From Oculina patagonica (lineage: Eukaryota), in assembly GCF_052425735.1 (NCBI RefSeq), contig NC_135768.1, positions 16,244,001-16,308,000 of the forward strand: a stretch of 64,000 bases of DNA, in the 5' to 3' direction. A program made the translations under genes and the position numbers. Shown here one piece after another: positions 25,901-37,418 of this stretch (position 1 is its first letter; every line of letters starts with the position of its first letter). Below the pieces are notes generated by a model. That model did not search any database and had not been told where the DNA came from. It worked only from the letters and a program-made list of their open reading frames with translations.

Positions 25901-28900
25901 AATTCAACAAAATTCGACTGCGAAGAAGTATTCAGCGTCGGAGAAAATTCAGCCTACGAGATCATTTCAGCAAAGCTTGTCTAGTCACGGCAATTACTCC
26001 AAAGGTAACTGAAAAAATGCTATCGAATTGTTGTAGTTCAATTTGCTATTGTACCTGTCAAATGTCGTGTCACCTGTTCAGCATTTACGTATCTCCTATA
26101 CGAAACAAGTACAAAACAAGGAAAAATCTGTACGTAGTGACATCAAAGTTATTGAACATGTTGTTAAGTTGATGATCTAAACATTTTGACAGGCATGTTT
26201 CTCCAAAACTTAAACTTTTCGTTGTTTTATCGAAAAGTTTAACTTTGTTGCACAAAATTTCACATTTTAGATCTAGATTAATTTTAACAATTTTGAACAG
26301 CTTTGATTACTTTAGAGCCACTTTTGAAAAACGAATCAAAAGATTCAAGAAGGTGGAAAAAGATGGCGGGTGCTCGAAAATTATGACGTTATAGTGGTAA
26401 CAGATATTTACGGTTTTACAGATATAAAAACTTACTCCGCGTGATCCCGTGAGACATCACTCTTCGTTCTTTGCTCTTTTTGTTTACCTAGGTACTTCTT
26501 CATTCATGCAACGCGATAAACACTTTGCAAGCCCCTGAAGCTGGCATGCAGGCTCTAAGCAGAACATGCTAATGTATTTGTTTTTTTAGGTAACGTAAGT
26601 AATTACTCGTGGAGCGATTGGAGTTTGTGGTCTGCTTGTGATAAACCTTGCGGCGGCGGTCTTCGCGTGAGAACACGTGACTGCCTTGATAATTCAAGCA
26701 GAAAGAATGACGAAGAGTGCGATGGCATAAACAATGACGTAACAAACTGCAATATGCATTCGTGTCAAGGTATGATACGTGAGTGAAATATGTGGACCTT
26801 CCGGTCTTTCCATCATATTTATATCGAACTATTTAATTAAATCAGCAAAAATATTACCCGAACTAAGTCACTCGGTAATCACTCTAATGTTAAAGAGTTA
26901 ATTCATCAGTTGTCTTATATGAAGGGCTCCGAGTAGCTATAGGGGCTGGCTAGTGTCTTTGTGTTGGGGTGTAATTGGACAATTTAAAAACATTTTTCTG
27001 ACACAGTCCTTCTTTCCACCGAGTTGTATAAATGATCTCAGTGACAAGAAAATTGTTGGTAGAAAACCCGACAAAGCTTTAGAACATATTTTGCTTTTCA
27101 CTTGCTACCCATCTTCCGGGAGTGGTAATACTCTTAGTCAGAAGTAAAGTAAACTGGATTTTATCAAGCACTGATGAAGCATTCGACATAAAAAGACTTA
27201 AACTTATATCACATTATTTGACAATCAACTTTGTAGCTGTGCCCTTGACTGTGGGAGCAAGGCTAACACAAGAATTCTGGAATGACTCACTGCTCAACAA
27301 GAACAGCATTATGTTCAAAACTTTGGAATCTAAGATAAAAACCAACGTAAGTTTGATAAATTTTATAGCGGAGCTCCCAGCGGCCCGAAGGGCCGCAGAG
27401 CAGAGCACCATACACATAGAAAATTAACAGACCCATGCTTTTGGTTTTTCATGGTCATCATGGCTAGCGGCATGGCTCACGGGCGCGTGCGACGAAGTTG
27501 CCCCAACATGGCGGCCATACTCCAGAAATCGGTTTAAGGTTATGGTTAATGCCAGCTTACATCTTGGACATCCATGTCATGGTCAATCACATGACCATAT
27601 CGCGGGCTCACATATAGAACTTATCGAGGTCGAATGTTTTTTTTTAAGTTTGCCGCTGACCAAATAATGGTTTACATTGGATCGCGGGCTCAAGTGCTAT
27701 ATTTTTCTGTTATTGGTCAGTAAATTGGGAGCTCCGCTTTAAGGCTTGGCTAAATCTATTTATACAGTAAGCTTTAAGCTGGTGTAAGCGGTTGTCAATA
27801 TATAAACCTGCCAAGGTTGTATTCGTTTTAACAGGACGGCTATGTAACCTTGTTGAAATTTTTCACTGAGTCATTTATAGAGATGGAGATCGGTTATTTT
27901 TAGAGCTGGCAGTGTCAGCTGGTGCAATTTTGCATTGTTATAGTAGAAATGGGAAACCAAGCCCGTGGATAATGCAATGATCAATTTAATTTTAAATTTT
28001 TGACCAGACATGTGTAAAACTGAATCTAGATGACACAGGGAGCAGAGGAATTCGATTAGAATTGATCACTAAAATACGTCTTATCTCTTTGAAATGCACT
28101 CTTGCGTATATTTTATCCGTAATCAGCCCATTATGCGACCCAAAATGCACTCATTTGCGACGTTCTAATGCTTCGAATCTCAACAAAACCCGTACGATCG
28201 TTATGTTGAGATTCGAAGCATTAGAATGTCGCAAATGAGTGCATTTTGGGTCGCATAATGGGCTGATTACGGATAAAAGAGTATACGCAAGAGTGCATTT
28301 CAAAGAGGTGAGACGTATTTTAGTGATCAATTCTAACCGAACTCCTCTGCTCCCTGTGTAGATGATTGGAAAGCCCTTTGGCAAACTGTAACTATTATTA
28401 TTACGTATGAACGAGCAAGAGCTTTGGGTGGGAGGGAGGGAACAGAAAATCTTCGTGACGAAATGTCACACTACTGCTGTTTATCTCGTGTGAGAGCAAA
28501 AGACAGCGGTCAAATTTAGCAAGCACGTATCAAGATGCCAAAGTTAGCTCTGATTGGACGATTTTCAGGATTGTCACGTGAGACCATCCAAGGACAATGG
28601 TTGGATAATTTATCAAAGCTCATAGCTCTAAATAGAAACAAGAGTTGTTGATTAACTGAAATTTATTTCATGTGTTTAATAAAATGACGTTGCCATGGCA
28701 AGGTCAAATATCATGGGCACATGGTTGACATATCAAAATGTCCGCAAGGGATGAATAAACAGCTACTGAAAGTTTTAGCAATGTAGAGTAAATTCCATTT
28801 TTAAAATTTCGAAAAACCTTATGGGGTTGGCCCCCGTCGAGGGTTAAGAGATAAAAAAGTTCGATTTTAAGAAATGGCAGTGTCAGCTGACGAAATTTTT

Positions 28901-31900
28901 TCATTGTATAGTAGAAATAGGAAACTAAGTACGTGAATTGTTCTTTTTCATATGGTATTAAAGTTGAGCAAACTTGCCCTTTTGTAGATTGAAAAACTGT
29001 ATGCTGGCAATTCGACACTGGTAAATGTAATTCTGAATCACTGCAAGTAAGTATCCCTTTCTTGGTTTGCATCCAGCTTTATTAATAATCAGTTTAAATT
29101 ATTAACATATAATGTTAATTGAAATCAGGTATTGAAAATTGTTGTATACTTTTTTTATTCTTGTCTTACAGAAAAGGAAGTGTCATTGTTAATTTTACAG
29201 TGACATTTGAAGCAGTGAACTCTGATGAGATACTTAACTTCATGGAAAATACTGAAAAGGACGGAAGTTTAGCTGACTTGCAGTTGGCAGTTACCTCTGT
29301 CTCCCTTTCCGCCGTGGGAAGTAAGTATTTTCAGCTACAAGTTTACTTTAACACAGTGCTACTCTGGACTACGATAACGAACATACTCATTGCTATAAGT
29401 TCCTTATCATCGTATATCTAATATTTCGTCAAAACATGACGTGCCACAAAAAAAGGAATGTCGCTTCTTGTTGCACTCATTAATACTTTTATGTTGGTAT
29501 AAGCCAGGTGGAATGTAAGAAATGCCAGAGCTATCTACGTCGAAAGGTTATATTTTTCATTTTCATTTTATTAATTTATTCCATTCTTATATATAATTAT
29601 TAAGTACAGAGCAAAACAAATAGAAGAAAAGAAATGGAAAAGGACAAAATATAGATAGCTAATTTGATGCCCTTGATTTAAATTACAAAGGAGAGGAAGA
29701 AGTATGAATTAGTTAGTACTGAGCAAAATAAAAATGGTAAAGTGCTTTTAAAGGTTATAAGGGCCTATAGCGTTTATTTTAGGCCTAAGATCCTAAAGCT
29801 ATCTGAGATGCATCTGCCTTGGCACATGCCCATTACTTAGCCGCGAGTAGATTCGTTTTTGAACGAAACTAGAGCCAGAATACCAAATGCTTATTGTGAA
29901 ATAACATGAACAAAAATCAAAAACTCACAAATGTGATAGTTACAGGCCAAGAGTCAAAGACAGACACTTCTAGAATATGAACTTATTCTAATAATTGTAT
30001 TTCACCACAGTCCCAAATCAGACTCCCAGTATCACCAAGATTTACCTGACGAGTGTCAACAGTTTCAAAGTGTTCTGGACATCAGTCAGTGATGGGCCAA
30101 TCGATGGGTATCGGGTCGTTCACCGTCCCGTCACGGGAGGAGGGGAATGGAGTACCACTGCTGTTGACGCACAGACTACGTCACTGCATCAGGGAAACTT
30201 GTTGGAGGGAATAGTGTACAGGGTTAGAGTTATGGCGTTCAACAGCAGTGGTAATGGAATTCCAGGAGAGGCAAAAGAAATTAGGATGGAAGAAGGAGGT
30301 GGGTAAACTGGGTAAACTGGTCCGTTTATAGGAATAGCGTCTACGGACTAACAAGTTAGAAGCTACTTATAAAGCACAATAACGACAACACATCTGCTTC
30401 TACTTTTTGAATGACCACAAACTAGCGTTTTACCCACAGACCTTTAAGAACCATCTTGTACAGCATAACAAACAATACACAGGATACAACATAAAAGTAT
30501 GCTCAATATCTTGCATTTGATCATTTAAATGGTGATACACTAGGTTTTAATCCACAGGATCGAAGGTAAGAAGCTGTGCACCATATAAGCTGAGTAACAC
30601 ATGGCAGAACTGCTCGGTAGCCCTTATTTGAATGGTCAGACATAAATTAAAGTTTTATCGTCACCTTCAAAAGTTAAACTAGGGCTGCAATATACCCAAC
30701 AATGCTGTGAGTCTCAGTAATTATCTATATACGGTTAGATTCTGGATGTGCAATGTTGGATACGTCGAACACGAGACTGAATAATCAGAGTTTGGCTATT
30801 TTGTTTCTAGTGCCTGAGGTAGCGCCGTTCGTAAAGGTGTCAGATATGACAGACACCTCCTCCATATCAATTTCATGGACAGCCATACCAGAAGAATACG
30901 CAACGGGCAAGCTCCTTGGTTACCGCGTCATGTACACACCAGTAAAAGTAGCCGACAAACAACTAAAGGAGGGCGCAGGGTTAGTTACTATTGCCGTGGA
31001 TCATCCAGGAAATTTACATGCAAGTCTTACTGGATTGGAAAGCTACACTTCTTATAGCATTCAGGTGGCTGGTTTTACCGCTAAGGGAGATGGAATACCA
31101 TCCACTCACGTCATTGGAGGTAATGGTAAAACGCAAAATTGAGAAATGCCTGCAAATATATATTTACACTTTTTCCATTTTCTCTTGGAGTCCGGCAATC
31201 TTGCTGAGACGGTCGGTCTATTGGGTGATTCTTTATCTATTTCCCCTCTTATTGATGATCTTAAATTTCCAACAAGGCGAGAGGGTGTGCTTTTGGCCAA
31301 TTCAAGGAGGTATATAATGAAGATGAATTGTTCAACATGACACGAGCGTAGGGCAAAGAAAAAATCTGAGTCTCCGACGAGAATCGAACCCATGGCCTCC
31401 CAGATGCTGGTTGGGCGCTCTAACCAACTGAGCTACGAGAGACTCGTGGTGAGCTGAGCCATTCACTAGGTTAATCAATCGATTGATTATGTTTGGTTAT
31501 CTTCTTCCAACTTTGCAGTTTGAATGGGTTTGGCAGGGAATACCTGGAATTTTTTACTGAGAGAAAGGGGGTTATTATCTTACAGATCGCATATAAAATG
31601 GAATGGACCATATTGTTTGTGTGTTCTATTGGGAACCAACCATCATCTGATCATTGCCAAAAAATTTTCTTGTTTTTGTCTTCAACAGAAACCTGTCCCT
31701 GTCCCAAAGTCCTTTATACCAACTGGGCAGAGCTTCCTCCATACGTCACAAAACCTGCGGCAAATGATCAGCCACCACAAGGAATTCTTGGAACTATTGT
31801 AGAGGACATGCTATTAACGTCCTGCGGTATCTGCACAAAAGGTCACGGACGGACAACTTTGAGTTTCGAAAACAACGGAAAAGGAGGCACTCCTTACAAA

Positions 31901-34900
31901 AGAACCATAAACGCTGTTCGCGAGGATGTTGACCATCGAACCCAAGTTAGCTTTCCTGTTATAGGTGCAATGGATGACGACAAATTTCAAAAGGAATATG
32001 TCTTCGTTCCTGTAGTCGAATCTCCTGGAATCGTCTTTATAAGTGGGACAAGTAAGACAAGTGCCTTATCTGCAATTGTGCAATACCTCCCGTTGTGCAT
32101 GTTTTGTTTAGTTATGGCTTATGCGGCTGGTGTCATCATTTGGGCTCTGGTAAGTAATTTGCTATTTGGATTCACATTTGTTATCATGTATGTATCCAAC
32201 ATTTTCGTTTTGTGATATTTTATAGTTAGTGCATTTTTCTCACGCATCACTGAAACTGCCGATTCACCTAAATATAGGTCATAACAATTTGTGGTTTTCA
32301 TGAAACCAAATTGCTTTTTTGTGTTTACTTGAAAAGAAATAAGCTGTGTCGAGATTTAACGGCTAGAATCGTGTAGACATTTCCTTTTCTAAAGTACAAC
32401 AAGCCATGTAGCTGCATGGTGCATGCTGTTTCCATAACAAAAAGAGTAGTATTTGGTGCTCCCCTTGACGGGCTAATTACAACCAGTTTGTCCCTATACA
32501 CTTGAATGGAGAAAGGCTTGGAGGACGACCTGGTGCCTAAAGTGATTTGGTTACTTGATGATCAAGATAGCAAAATGTCTTGCTCAAGAGTACAGCATAA
32601 GGTCAATGGCCCAGCTCGAGGTCTGACCATCTGGATGTCAAGTCAAATGGACTCATCAAAAGACATCCCACTTTGCATACCCCTACAGAAACGGATCCAG
32701 AGGTGGGTCCTAAGGGGCCCGCTTCACCCGTGAAAAATGAGAAAAATTACGGGAAAATTTTTAAGTCAGTTAGGACCAGATCAGTCCAGGTACCCACCTT
32801 TTGATTCTGGGCTCCCAATCTGTTCGCAAGTACGGACACGCTACTGCTAAACGCAAGTTTACGGCTGTTCCAAGGATTCCTATAGAATGCGACCCTGACA
32901 GTTTACATTGTCTACTCTTAAAGCCTATATCTTAACATTTGCTATGTTTATTTGAATTTCTGTCTTATATAGGATTCGGATGGTTTCCCAAAGTCGTTCT
33001 CTAAAGGAGCTGGCGAAGGATTTTGGTTCTCGTTCATTTCCATGACTACTGTTGGGTATGGCATTAATTTATCATTTCTTTGTGGAACAATCGCCTGTGT
33101 CAGTAGAAGAAGTTAGAATGTAAGGTTTTATGCATGAAAGGTAGCCTGCGAGCAGGCTTGGCGAGGGCGAGCAGCATGCGCGAGTGGCGAGCGTAGGATA
33201 AGGCGGGGAGTGGCGCCAATAAAGTGACTCGCGGCTTCGCCGCTCCCGTGTAGCTCTCGTGCGTGCCCCAAGGTGAGCCTGCTCGCAGGCTACATGAAAT
33301 GGGGACTGTCATCTCCGTTAGGATTTATAACAGCCATGATCTTGTTTAGCTGGAAAACATACCAAGATAACAGGAGACTCGACACTTTACTGAACAGAGC
33401 TCAACTAATGACAGGAATTCATTAGAAAGTGAACGTAGTTATAGTGCTGTTTCGCGTTATGTTTACCTATTGATAAAATGTGTTAACCGAAGGTCTATTA
33501 CTTGCTGAATCCAAACGAGGAGTTGTTTATCGACTGGAAAAATTGAATGACAAATTGATTAAGACAACAATGCTTTTAAACAGCAAATATCGAATCATAT
33601 ATTCCACTAGTTACCCATTACGAATCTATACCCCCTAGGTACGGAGACAAAGTTCCTGTAGGAGTCTGTTCAAGGTTATTTACGGTTGCGTGGACCATAG
33701 CTGGCCTAGTAATGGCGTCTATACTTGTTGGAGTCATGGCTTCTTCTTTGACATTCAGAACTTTAGACAATGATATAATTTTATATGGAACAAAGGTACA
33801 CCAGTTATTCTTGAGAAAATAAAATTTTCATTTCCACCTGCTTTCAGTGTTACGTGTTGCATATTTTTACGTCCATCTTCGACATCCACTTTCGACGTGA
33901 TGTTTGAAATGAGCCAATCAAAACTGATGCATACCGGTGTAGGTCAGCAAATGAGCCCACAAGTTCAGAAGGCATGCTAGTGGATGTGATTGGCGGATTT
34001 CGATCCGTCTTGTTTGTTTAGTACGTCGAAAGTCGCTATGCACGTATCACTGAAAGGGGGTGTAGCTCTTCGTAACTAAGAGTATTGGTTCTTTCCCCCC
34101 TTGATGGTATGCTTGTCCATAAAAGGTGAAAACCCAGACGTTTGACCTAAAAATGGGCAGTACCAGTCTACACACTTTAGTGAAGAGAGGTACTGTGCAG
34201 TTAGTCGTGTACAAGTTCTAGTTAGCTGTAATTCTACTCGAGTGCTTGAAGCAGTTGCTATTGTTTTGGGGGCTATGGATATTGTTCCTGTTGTTTGTTC
34301 TATTGTTCTTTCGAAGGGTAGCAAGCCACAGGCGACCAGCCCGCAAGGTCCACTTTAATGGCTCGCTTTCCTTCGAGAAAACAACAGAGCAAACAACAGG
34401 AACAATATCCCTAGCCTTAAACGCAATAGTAGCTGCTACACTGTAGGACGACTAGCCTGAACTACAAGCTTATGGGAGCTGCTACACTAGCACTGTGACC
34501 TTTTTTTAACCTACAATACAACACGAGAATGTTGGGTTCGAAATTCTGACCTCCTCAGCCCATCCACCGCATTAGCCATGTGGCGCACGCACCTACTCAT
34601 CTACCTATATCACTGACAGAAATTATTTTAATTTTTTATCTAAAGGTGACGGCTCTAACAGACTCACCTGCTCACAAACTGGGAGTTAGGAGGAACGCTC
34701 TAGTCAGTGAGTACTGTGGATATGCTTTACTCTTACAAAGACTTAAGCATTTTCATAACTTTACCACTTCTTTACCTGTGTTTTTTCTGTGTGTGTTTCT
34801 CTGAATTAAAAAAAGCTAAGTTGCGGCTTGTCAGGAATGGTTAAAACTTTGTTGAAAAATAAAGAACAAAAAAACGTGAAAGTCCTAACAGGAACATTAG

Positions 34901-37418
34901 CTTCCATTTATCCTTGATAATTGCTTTCATTTGTAAGTATAGTCACGTTTTAAATTCTTGTGTATTTCTTTTAATTTTGTCAACTTCTTCTGTCAGTGCC
35001 ACAAGACACTTTATACGAAGCCTATGAAACTCTCGAGCGAGGTGAAGTCAAAGGACTTCTGCTTGATGCCTACGTTGCCGGAAGTCAAATGAAAGGCCTG
35101 CCTCAGCAACTGCGAGTCAAAGAAGTCATTAAGTTGTCCAAAGGAATTGGTGTTGTCCTATCAGGAGATGCTATCAGACTACAGAGCCGAGTTCGCGATT
35201 ATATCAGAAAGAATGCTGCACTGATAACTAAGATGATCCAAAACAGCACAACTCCATTAGAGGTAGATTTGTTTGTAAAAATTACTACTATGTTGTACGC
35301 TTGTCAATCAATCAATCAATCAATCAATAAACCAATCAATCTACTCGATCGATCAATTGAACGNNNNNNNNNNNNNNNNNNNNNNNNNNNNNNNNNNNNN
35401 NNNNNNNNNNNNNNNNNNNNNNNNNNNNNNNNNNNNNNNNNNNNNNNNNNNNNNNNNNNNNNNNNNNNNNNNNNNNNNNNNNNNNNNNNNNNNNNNNNNN
35501 NNTGGCAGGCTTTCAGACAGTCAGTCTGTGTAAGCAAGTAAGTCAGTTAGTTGTTCCGTCGGTCGGTCGGTCAGGCAGGCAGAACCTAAGATATTCATAT
35601 ATTAACAGTACTTAAGATATTTATATATTAATGTATTTATCTTCTTGTAAAATATTAAAAGAAAGAAAACTTTTACTCTTACGACCATTGAATTTTTACA
35701 TTCATACACTTGACTACTGCTATGACACATCTACGCAATAAAAAAACATAGGGGCTACAGTTTTTTCTGAACACGTAAATGGAAGAGAAATCTAGGAGAG
35801 AATCAGAGAATATTTTTCACAGGAAGTCTCTTCAGTATAAGAGTATCTTCACAAAATGTAGGTGATCATCATTTATGGACCATTTAAGATTTCTTATTTT
35901 CTTTCCAACGGCTTATAGGAGTTAACAAATGACGTCTGTATAAGGTCACTGTGTGCCATTTGTGAAAAACAAAACAAGGAATCACTTTCTCATTTTTTCC
36001 TAGCAACCAGAAAAGAGTGAAGCCGAGGAACAGGCAACAGAGTTGTTTTCTATCAATTCTTCATTATTTCACCAAACACTTTTGGTGCTAGCGAAAGCAC
36101 TGGGAGGCGCTGTATTTTGTGGACTTGTTTGGGAGCTCTTGCGCATAGGACTTGAACGAAGGAAAAAGACCTGGCATCCAGGTAAATTTGTTAGATCGTC
36201 AATCGCGTGTCGTAAAACCAAAGCCAAAGTTATCGCTCTGGCCTATCACAATAATCGCAGAAAATCCATTGAGCCAAACTTGAGGCAAAAACAGTCTCTT
36301 CTCTCTTTTAGCGGACATCTCGCGGCGTGTTTGTGTCCTTGGAGGTGTGGGTTTTTGGGGGGTGTTTTTTTACATGTAGCTGACGTGACGCGCGGGAAAA
36401 CGCGTGCGAGCGGATTACGATTGGTTTTGGTTTTACTTCTGATTGGTTGGAAAGTGGCGCGGCTTTTTAAACATTCACTAAGCATAGTGATGTAAAACCA
36501 AAGCAAACGCAAATTATTTTCGACACTCATGTGAAAATTGATCTAGTTTTGTGTTGTACTTTTACAAACTTTTTACCTTTGTCTTATCAAGTTGATAAAT
36601 TTCGGTGTTTCGATTCGTAAACACCACGAGGGTCGGAAAAATTATCCAATAAATTTAAACTTATTTACTTTACCTGCAAACATTCTACCAATCTAAAGGT
36701 AGTTACTCAAACCTGTAATGGTAACCTTAATTTGGGGAGCGGAAATCTGACCGCTTTATAAAACTTGACCGTTTAATACAGGTCTCTGGTGTAGTGGAAC
36801 TACAATCTTGGACAAAACTGTTGAAACACTTTTAAGCCACTAATTTAGCTAACAGAGTTCAGTTTTGCAACCCCCCCCTCCCCCCATTTCAATGTTGTTA
36901 ATGCTGTAGTGTTTTCAAAACAAAGCCACAAACCCCAAGAAACGGCAACATTGAGTAGTGGGGGGGGGGGGGGAGAGGGGGTAAAATATTTTTACCCGCT
37001 TGCAGGTCAGGTCATCTGTGAAAAATGCGTGAAGTACGTTTTTATCAACTAGTTTTGTACAAGATTGTAGTGCAGAGAAAATATCATTCAACTAGGCTCT
37101 GATGTGGATTTTGTATCATCAGATCAGTAGCGGGGCATCTGCTGACGTAGTGCTAAATTCTCAAACCCAACAGTAAACGAAAGGTTTAAAAGATGTGTTA
37201 ACATTTTTTTTATTTTTAACATTTATTTAGGACACCAACCGAAAGGGGATGCCAGCCCAAAGACGATACGAAAAGAGTTGCAAGAACCTGTTCAACATTT
37301 TTATGACAATTTCCGACAAGTTTACGTGCACTTAAGACATAAATATAGCAAAGAGCTACAGCAATTTGGTCAACAACGACCGCTTGTGAAGAAGACTCGA
37401 AAAGTTGCTTGGACATGA
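22755..37418 (+). CDS. Gene A: GluR0/AvGluR1-like ligand-gated channel with K+ filter (TTVGYGD) fused to a LamG-mucin-TSP1-SEA-FN3x2 ectodomain, 1281 aa
   Basis: Exons 22755-22757, 22882-22933, 24000-24722, 25426-26004, 26590-26769, 27237-27346, 28988-29046, 29172-29320, 30011-30298, 30811-31119, 31689-32149, 32973-33055, 33639-33795, 34646-34706, 34997-35262, 36004-36181, 37231-37418. All GT-AG with compatible phases; sum 3846 nt. AATAAA at 37603. Exon structure mirrored by gene B. Confidence 0.88.
24000..24722 (+). CDS. Gene A LamG-like domain exon
   Basis: PVAVYPL...SMSILVKIKP...GKWYSVGVTYNHVTGNVTLY...YLGKMECFMVYRRSL; phase 1-1. Confidence 0.85.
25426..26004 (+). CDS. Gene A Ser/Thr-rich mucin-like stalk exon
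   Basis: S/T-rich ORF with an internal duplication (SSPASSNGFYLS / SSPATSNKFYLS); phase 1-1. Confidence 0.8.
26590..26769 (+). CDS. Gene A thrombospondin type-1 repeat exon
   Basis: WSDWSLWSACDKPCGGGLRVRTRDC...C...CNMHSC. Confidence 0.9.
27237..29320 (+). CDS. Gene A SEA domain (three exons)
   Basis: FWNDSLLNKNSIMFKTLESKI | IEKLYAGNSTLVNVILNHCK | KGSVIVNFTVTF. Confidence 0.8.
28034..28358. mobile_element. Fully palindromic MITE with a 7-bp TSD (P-element-like)
   Basis: CA...TG ends, two long near-perfect inverted arms, TSD tagatga at 28027-28033 and 28359-28365. Confidence 0.75.
30011..31119 (+). CDS. Gene A fibronectin type III domains (two exons)
   Basis: SFKVFW...IDGYRV...LLEGIVYRVRVMAFNSSGNG and SISISW...GKLLGYRV...LTGLESYTSYSIQVAGFTAKGDG. 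Confidence 0.9.
31320..31472 (-). mobile_element. tRNA-derived repeat, same family as 48740-49100
   Basis: Reverse complement contains gtagctcagttggttagagcgccc...gggttcgattc. Confidence 0.6.
31689..32149 (+). CDS. Gene A solute-binding lobe S1 plus first transmembrane helix
   Basis: LPPYV...GILGTIVEDML...YVFVPVVESPGIVFI, then hydrophobic LPLCMFCLVMAYAAGVIIWAL. Confidence 0.8.
32973..33795 (+). CDS. Gene A K+ channel pore (pore helix, filter, inner helix), two exons
   Basis: FPKSFSKGAGEGFWFSFISMTTVG|YGDKVPVGVCSRLFTVAWTIAGLVMASILVGVMASSLT. Confidence 0.93.
34250..34440. repeat. Imperfect inverted repeat, probably an old MITE
   Basis: ggatattgttcctgttgtttg ... caaacaacaggaacaatatcc arms. Confidence 0.55.
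34646..35262 (+). CDS. Gene A solute-binding lobe S2 (two exons)
   Basis: VTALTDSPAH...YEAYETLERGEVKGLLLDAYV...KGIGVVL resembles the second lobe of type-2 periplasmic binding proteins and iGluR S2. Confidence 0.75.
36004..37418 (+). CDS. Gene A last transmembrane helix (M4-like) and cytosolic tail
   Basis: TLLVLAKALGGAVFCGLVWELL followed by basic RRKK; last exon ends KTRKVAWT*. Confidence 0.75.

Noticed and set aside
32973-33795. Calling the pore a Kv/KCNQ/KcsA gene or a bacterial contaminant
   Set aside because: No S1-S4 voltage sensor or T1 domain. The pore is flanked in frame by binding-protein lobes and split by spliceosomal introns.
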